A DNA stretch of 64,000 nt, from NCBI RefSeq assembly GCF_009914755.1, contig NC_060947.1; one strand, 5' to 3'. Source of the DNA: the human T2T-CHM13v2.0 reference genome, Homo sapiens. A program made the position numbers and the translations under genes. The notes beneath the pieces are model-generated. The model ran no database searches and was not told the DNA's origin. It was given only the letters and a program-made list of their open reading frames with translations. Below, piece after piece: positions 56,005 to 64,000 of this stretch. Each line of letters begins with the position of its first letter. The first letter of the stretch is position 1.

Positions 56005-58715
56005 AGGGAAATCATTTACAACCCTAAGGCATCAGAGGATGCTGCTCCGAACTGTTGGAAACAAGGACATTAGCTTTTGTGTTTGTTTTTGTTCTCCCTT
56101 TCCCAGTGTTAATGGGGGACTTTGAAAATGTTTGGGAGATAGGATGAAGTCATGATTTTGCTTTTGCAAGTTTTCCTTTAAATTATTTCTCTCTCGCTCT
56201 CCTCCCCTCCTTTTTTTTTTTTTTTTTTTCTTTTTCCCTTCTCTTCTTAGGAACCATCAGTGGACATGAATGTTTCTACAATGCATTTCTTCATAGATTT
56301 TGTTTATGGTTTTGTTTCTTTTTTCTTCTTTGTTTTTCAGTGTGGGAGTGGGAAGAGGAGATTATAGTGACTGAAGAAAGAATAGGCAAACTTTTCAAAT
56401 GAAAATGGATATTTAGTGTATTTTGTAGAAGATCTCCAAAGATCTTTTGTGACTACAACTTCTTTTGTAAATAATGATATATGGTATTTCCATCGTCAGT
56501 TACCGAGTATAGCCACTGGGTATCACTACTTTGTGTTAAAGTGCCTTCGCACTTTAAGTACATTACTTAAATGTTGCTTTTAGCTTTGATAAATTGAAAA
56601 TATTTTAATGTGTTGTATTTTTGAAATTGAAAACACTGTAAAATAGATTGATGTGTCAGCTATATTAAGTCAACGTACAGTTTGCTTGAGTTATAGAAAC
56701 CAGCCTGTCATCAAATGATTCTAGTTCTAGGACTTTGTAGGCTTAACTATAAAATATTTCCTTTCCTCTGGGTTTAAGTGATTTTATTTAAGTCAACTAA
56801 GGGGATTTAACAGTGGACTAGAGGTAATAAGCCACCTCAGTCAGGATTAATAATTCATTAATAAAATATATTTAACCCAATATCAGAGTGAATTGAGCAA
56901 TTAATGCCCTTCCGTAAATCATTATTTTACACTAACATGGTGAGTGTTTTAGATTATTTTCCTAATTAAAAGAACGTGACACAGCTAGTAATATATTTTT
57001 CTGCATTGAATTAGATATTTTTATATATTTAAATGAAAAAGTCTGTATTTCTAACTTTTTAATTGAAATTAATATTTTTTCTGCCTATTGAAACATTTTC
57101 TATAAACACACACCAGTAGAGGCCGCCACACACCTCATTTAACAAAGACATATGAGCCATTAAAGACCTCGAAGGAAGACTTCATGGGTGAGATTAAAAC
57201 TTCCCAAGTAAGTTCTCTGCAAAATTCAAGGTAGCAGAGATAAAAATGTATCCATTACTCTATTTATTTTAGATCACGGGTTAGACTCATAATCCTTCTC
57301 AAGTTTAACACTTTCTGACAAAACAGCATTTTCCTCTTGAGTTTAATTGAAGCATTAATGGGGTGCTATCAAATCAAGTACTATTTGCGTCTCCAAATCG
57401 ATTAATAGTTACCTAAACCAAGACATTAAGCATCTTTTTCCTTCTGCCTTCTTTAGGCTTGTGTTACTTGAAGTTTTCCTTGTCAGCTTGAGCAAGACTT
57501 TCATTTTGGTGTTAGCATTAAAATGATTTTAATTAGCCAAGTCTATATAACATTTATGAAGCCTTATTAGACTGTAAATAATTTTAGATGCAAACGTGAT
57601 TGTGTGATTTAAACAAACAGCCCTTCTTTACAACAAAAAATAGTTTTGTTTTGTCTATTGTAAATCCTTATGCAACTGGGATGGTGATCTGCATATAAAG
57701 TAGTTCAGCTTTTCAATTCCTTATTAAAGCAAGCGATGGCGTCTGAAAGAAGCACACTGTTTCCTTTTCATAAATAGGTTACTGCACATAATAATCCTTT
57801 ATCGTCATGTGGAGATTGAAGTGGATACTGATAACTTACTTTTAAAGCTTTAAAATTACCAATAGTATATTGTCTGTCACTATAAACAATTCATGTGATA
57901 GGCTTTCAATTAGAAATTCCTTAAATCCAAATTATTTGGATTAATGATTACTGGTGTAAAATAGTTGTTTGTAAAAACAATAGAAGGTAATTGTGTGTAT
58001 ATAATAACGTAAAGGGCATTGAAGAGAAACATATCTTTAACAACATAAAATCTCTGAATATCTACAGTGGCAAGCTAACATGCTCATTCTTTGATTAGAG
58101 GTGATAATTCCTATTTCGATCCATTAGAAGAAAGTTGAAAATGGTGGGCTGAAATGATCTTCAAGAAAGTTAATGTACAGATATTTTACATTTCACAGAA
58201 GAGGAACTAGAATATTATGCTAGTTGAATGTGGAGAAGACTCCTGGAAACCACTTCATCTTTGAGTGAAGTATTTATATATAAAAGAGTTTCAAAAATCC
58301 TTTTCTGACTGCTCTCATTTGATGCAATGATAAATACAGAATACAGAGGTAGGTATTTTGGGAAGTGATTGTGAAGGCAAATTTGCATATATATTCTGTT
58401 AAGATCATTTTCAGGCTTAAATTATATGACTAGAGGCTCTTGATGCAGTGATTCCACTTCAGTGTTCATTTTTATTTTTCTGAAAGTAAAGATACTCCTG
58501 TAAAATGCCATTGTCCATAGAAAAAATATTAACTCATTAAGTTTAAAGACAGATGATACCTTAATATTAACTTACTTACACGATTTTAAAGACGCCTACT
58601 GAGAGAACTCAAATTTATAAACTCTGTTGCCTAATAATTATGGTTTAATTCTATATCCTCTTGCTTGTTACAGTTATACTTAATTTGCAGTAGATTTTTA
58701 AATGAAATTATTTGA

Positions 58716-59051
58716 ATGTATTCCAGACTATTTTATTTAAAATCATCATACATCATATACTTTGAACCTTTATTTTCTAATGCAATCATAAACATTTTAA
58801 GTTTTATTAACTCACTAGCATCCCCACTGACTATATTCTGTTTTGCTTTATCTGCTCAAGCACTTTCGACCATATTTTATTTTAGGATTTTTATTTTTAT
58901 CTTCCACAGCTGGATATTGCTATTTCACTTTTATTTCACATGCAGCTTTAAGACGTATGAGCATCAGCACAGCAAAATGGTTCCAGCCTACAGAATGCAG
59001 TCTCCCAGGGCCCTGCCAAGAACATATCTGTATGTCTGGCCCTACAAATGA
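58716..59051 (+). CDS. TMEM257: 111-aa hydrophobic ORF historically annotated as CXorf1/TMEM257; coding status doubtful
   Basis: Intact ATG-TGA ORF ([11 protein letters not shown]...YVWPYK) recognised from memory. It lies inside the presumed SLITRK2 3' UTR, has a weak start context (TGAATGT) and a Phe/Ile bias consistent with T-rich UTR. Confidence 0.4.
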
Positions 59052-59489
59052 CAAATGGTAATTCCCTTCTATTTTAGCTCTTAATTAGTTGCTTTCACTA
59101 TTTCCGAATATACCTGTGGCTAAGTTTTTATTGAAACACTCAAAAATACCACTTCTCAGTATGAACACAATTGCTAAGAGCCTAATTTGGTTCTGGACTA
59201 TGGTCAACCTGTGTGCCTTGTTAGTTCTCTCCAGCAGCTGGTGAGTAAGGAAATGACCCTTCAATTTCCTCTTCTTTTTCCTCTGACCTCTGTGACTTAA
59301 TTTTTCTTAATGTCTCCAAGTCATCAAGGGCTTAATAATTTATGAATTTTACAAAAAGCATTTAAGGAATAAGAAAGAGGTTCTGTGATTTTTCAGACTC
59401 TGAAAATTCATTTTGATTCTACATATTCCAGAAATATACTGGGTTGGATGCTAGAGTGAAGAAAGCCGTCCAGACAATTCTCCCAGTCC

Positions 59490-59600
59490 ATTCATTTCTT
59501 CATTCATTTGTTCATTCAGTAGTTATTGAGTGCTTATTTCCTGGGTGCCTGGCTCTAGGCTATGTCCTGAGACATACAGTGGACAGGGTCTCTACCCTCC
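59490..59600 (-). mobile_element. L2 3'-end fragment in the 3' UTR
   Basis: TTCATTCATTTGTTCATTCAG...TATTGAGTGCTTA... Confidence 0.6.
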
Positions 59601-61985
59601 TCACAACACCCTCTTCACCCTCCACGCCACCCCCTACTACTCACTCTCACCCTAGCAAGGAACTTCGTGCTAATAAGAGAGAGTCTTACCTGAATGGCAA
59701 TCGCCCAGATTAACAGTGGAGACAGTAATGCAATGCAGGAAGTTAAGTTTTTAAAGGTGATTCTGTGCAGTAAGGTATAAAACAGATATATAATAAATAG
59801 CCTAGCTTAGTCTAACATCTCTTTAGAATTACACAGCTAAAAAGGAAAAAAAACACCAAAATAAGATAAAATAAAACAAATTTAAACACCAAAATAAGAT
59901 ATAATAAAACATTTGTTTTTGCAAAATAAGGCCCAATGTTATGGCCTAATGAAAGCTATATACTTGTGCTATCTAAAGCACTACTTTGTAAAGATGACTA
60001 CCCAAGATTGTAAATACAAAATTTAAAAAGGTACTTAAATTTTCTGGAATATCCATGTTTCAGAGGTAATATTTACTTTCTATTTCAGTGGCTTAAATTA
60101 TAACGTTTTGGCTTAAGTGTCTTTTATCAATACAATGATAAGACACCTTAATCCTGAGAGAGAAAATTAAGTACTGTATATAGGTGTACTTTGCTTCTCA
60201 CAATGATTGTGCAAAAAGTCACGTGTAAATTGAACTTTTGTAAATCAAATTGTATTTTAAATGCATTAGGGGAGCTGCCATTTAGAGGAAACTTGTGAAT
60301 TCTTTCATAAAGCAGAAAACCATTTTATAATACAAATAACCATTCTCTGATTTATCTCTTTTGTATGTTTGGATTTTCAATATCGACTTTGCTTAAAACA
60401 GAGCCCACCTGCATAGTAACTGTGTTTTGCCAAGGCTGCTTGTGCTACCAGTTTGTTGGTGGCTAACGGCTTGTGCTTGAAAGTCTTCTGAAGTCTGATG
60501 TGAATTGAGCTATCAAGCAATGCTATCATAGCACAGTAGCAGTCCTGAACAGTCTGAGCAGCCAACCCATTTCAACAAAATTGAACACAGGACTCTTCTG
60601 CTCAGCAGCATCTCTTTTCTCAGATGTGGCCATGTTACAGTAGAGGGTATTCCATAAGCACATATTCCATAAAGTGCTCAGAGTCACAGGTTTTATAATA
60701 AATTATGTTATTATGTAAACGAATTGCATGCATGTTGAAATTTTTTAGCAGTACTTTAGCTTGAAAGTACTCGTACAAATACTGTTAGATTTAGTTGCAA
60801 ATAATTGTTCTCAAGTTATTGCAATAAATGTCAAATGAAACAAGCTCTTGTGTAAATAGACTTCTGTGCCTAATAGTGACATTGTTTCAAAAAATAAATG
60901 TCATATTTTGGGCTGTTAATAGGCAAAATGAAACATTGGAAATGTGATCAAATGATCTTGGGTTTTATTGGATAAACTGTTTACACAGTTACTTTATGTG
61001 TAATTACATTTCAGTTAATAAATAAATATTCACTAACAATGAACACTTAAATTAGTTAGAAAAGATATTTAGAGTCTGAAGAGGAAATGAATGAGAAACT
61101 ATAATTGAAACTGTTTTCTTCGCCTTGATATGCTCACAGATAAAGGCTTTGATTCTTTATATGATTAGTTTACATGTTTAAGGTAAAATAAGCTTTATAA
61201 AAATATATATTCATACTTTTCCATGACTGTTCATTAGTATTAGACTTAAAAAATTACAAGTAAACAACAACAAAAACAATTCAAATAGAGATGCTTTGCT
61301 AAATACTGAAAAAAGTACTGATTCCCCACTCTCCTCACCAGACACAGACATACATCTACACCAAAGCCAATTGTTTTTTAATTATAAAATTCAGTCTAAC
61401 ACCGTATGTGACCTAATATATTTGTACTTAATAAAAGACTGACGTACAAATCCAAGGAATATAAATTATGAGTTCATTAATAGAAATGCCATCACTGTAT
61501 TCCTAAAAAGTAGATTTAGAAAAAATAATGAGAGAGAAAGGCAGGGGGTTCATTTGTTCCTATGATTATGGTGATATAATGGCAAAGTTACTACTTTGGC
61601 TATTTGCATTTGGTTGAATATTAGAATATATCTGCCAGGCATGCTCCAAATCACAAATGTATAACATAACAAAGGATTTGAGATTCCTGTGGGAACATGA
61701 GGACTTATAACAAATTATCCTCTCTTAGGATTACCAATATATGCACAATATATTCAGTTTATTCACGTAGCCTTCATAGGGCAGCTGAAACAATTGGAAT
61801 AGCCACATTCAAAAGTGTTTTGCTAAAGGAGAATTGGTGCCAGTATACCAGGTTATTAGATCCCTTGACAAGATCAGTTGAAATGAGAATAAAAGTAGTG
61901 TACAGCTCCCCATTCTGAACACATGTAATATAAAATATTAAGTTCATAATGTGCCTGTTGATACTGGAAAAAGAGCATCAAAATA

Positions 61986-62352
<367 letters not shown>

Positions 62353-62889
62353 TCATCCATACTTCCCTGAGCAACAACTTTGTAATTACTTATACATCAT
62401 TTTTGTTAATTTTATTTTAAATTATTATTTTATATTTCCTATCAACATTTACGATAAAAGAACATTTAAACTATTTATCTGTCAGATTGTTTCCTGGAAT
62501 TTTGGGACATTTTGATCTTGGCAGAATGTGGACCACAACATACAATCTAAGGTACTTTCCAGCTCACAAAGACACTACCAGGCAGACAAGATTTGTGATG
62601 GACTGTACTCTGGGTAATCCTCAGACAAATCCCTCCCTGATCTGCCTTTTACTTTTATATTGTTAACACCTGGCATAGTGTTTTGGCGCATAATACCTTA
62701 CTCTCCAATAAATACTTCTGTTTAGTGAATAAATGAGTGAATGGGTGAATGAGGCTCTGGTTCTCAAATAAATGCTGAAAAAATGGTTGAAAACTAGAGG
62801 ATCTAAGTTTAAAGCATAATTACAATGAATTATCAGCTGTTCCTGGAAGTCTTAAACTATTTGGTTTGAATATTTTCAGAATTTTATGA

Positions 62890-62890
<1 letters not shown>

Positions 62891-62936
<46 letters not shown>

Positions 62937-62938
62937 AG
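62891..62938. repeat. (AC)21 microsatellite plus (AG)n
   Basis: Direct reading. Confidence 0.95.
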
Positions 62939-63359
62939 ACATACCCCATGAGGATGGCAGAGAAGTGTAGTAACACATAGCCAAGATCTAAAGTTAATTA
63001 CATGCAGGCAGGCCTGATTTTTTAAGTGACACTTCGGTCTGTCCATTGAACCCAATGATTTCATTCTAGAGTTAAAAGTAGCTTTACTGCAGAGCGGTGA
63101 GATTGTCTTGTTATTGGCTTTTGGAATTGGGACGTTCTGAGTTAAGAGAAAATGCAGTCTCTGACGAGCTTGAATGATAAATTCTTCCAGAGCTTATCAT
63201 TTAGTTTTTATTATGGCTCTGTATATTTGATTGATTTGTTTCTTATGTCTTCCAGAGAGAAGAGAAATTATTTGAGTTAAAACCATAGTAAATCGTATTT
63301 CTGTCAAAACAAGATTGTTATGTACAGTTCAATTTATACAAAATAAGAGCCTACAAGTG

Positions 63360-63525
63360 GTATTTCACAGTGAAGAGTCCTAGGATCTGAGGTTCTGACC
63401 TTAGTGTGGCTATAAAGCTGTGAGGATAAGTTGTGGTTCTCATTGGGCCTCAGCTCCCTCATCTGGGAACAGTGTTGGACTAGATGAACTCAGCGGACAC
63501 ATTCAACTTTGGTTCTCTGTGATTG
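63360..63525 (+). mobile_element. MIR fragment
   Basis: TGGGCCTCAGCTCCCTCATCTG...GTTGGACTAGATGA. Confidence 0.6.
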
Positions 63526-64000
63526 TAGGCTACTTCGGAAATGGTTGCTACACACAAGACAAAATAGGGATTGAGACAATTATTATTTAAGCCTGAAAAT
63601 CTCTTATACTTCTCTTTTCAGTTGTCTACTTTGGATATAGCCCTATTCTGATTTTTTTCTGAAGGATTCAAATGCACAATTTATCTTGGGTTAATCTCTC
63701 TTTCTAAGCTTGACTTAAAAAAATTTTAAGCCATTTTCCTCATGTCTTTGTAAATCACAAAACCCTACTACCTTTTTTTTTTGGGGGGGGCGGATTGTGA
63801 TGGATTTTCCATTTATCTATTTTTCAAGGAGTTGTCTTTTTTTGTTGATAAGTGAATTTAGTTATCCTCCGTGACAATTAAACAAAGTAAACTATGAATC
63901 TATCTAGGTAGACCACATTATCACATTTCAGGGAAAATAGCATTTGTTTTTTTATTTAATGTTTTATCACCTCTCCCTTTTAGCCAACACTGCCAAGTTT

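Larger units (their letters stand above)
56005..60920 (+). other. SLITRK2: Long AU-rich SLITRK2 3' UTR with alternative poly(A) signals
   Basis: AATAAA at 56860, 59870, 59903, 60697, 60823 and 60893. U-rich tract at 56211-56235. The 3' end is inferred. Confidence 0.65.

Noticed and set aside
55817-56125. 102-aa alternative-frame ORF overlapping the SLITRK2 stop, or stop readthrough of the main CDS
   Set aside because: It starts at TTG with no frameshift signal evident. The main stop is TGA-A, which is not a readthrough motif.

Overview
This is human genomic DNA: it carries human-specific AluYa5 and AluYb8 copies, and I recognise the locus as SLITRK2 on Xq27.3. It is not microbial, so almost all of the short ORFs in the track are repeat-derived noise. 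The first ~46 kb is gene-free and dense in transposons: L1, L2, MIR, Alu, MaLR LTRs (including a two-LTR MST provirus), MER3/MER5/MER20 and a MADE-type MITE. From ~48.7 kb there is a CT-rich repeat plus CpG-island promoter, several inferred non-coding 5' exons, a second CRE-containing promoter region, and the single-exon 845-aa SLITRK2 CDS (53467-56004). A ~5-kb AU-rich 3' UTR follows and contains the 111-aa CXorf1/TMEM257 ORF. I see no convincing wholly new gene system. The best candidates for undescribed biology are post-transcriptional: (i) a splice-assembled chain of uORFs in the leader, with ATG-first micro-exons, a TGATG stop-start overlap and a last uORF in frame with the CDS behind a UGA-C stop; (ii) two mutually exclusive 3' UTR hairpins overlapping adjacent miR-124 and miR-17-family seed matches near a Pumilio element. 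Repeat subfamily names and exon boundaries were called by eye and are approximate.
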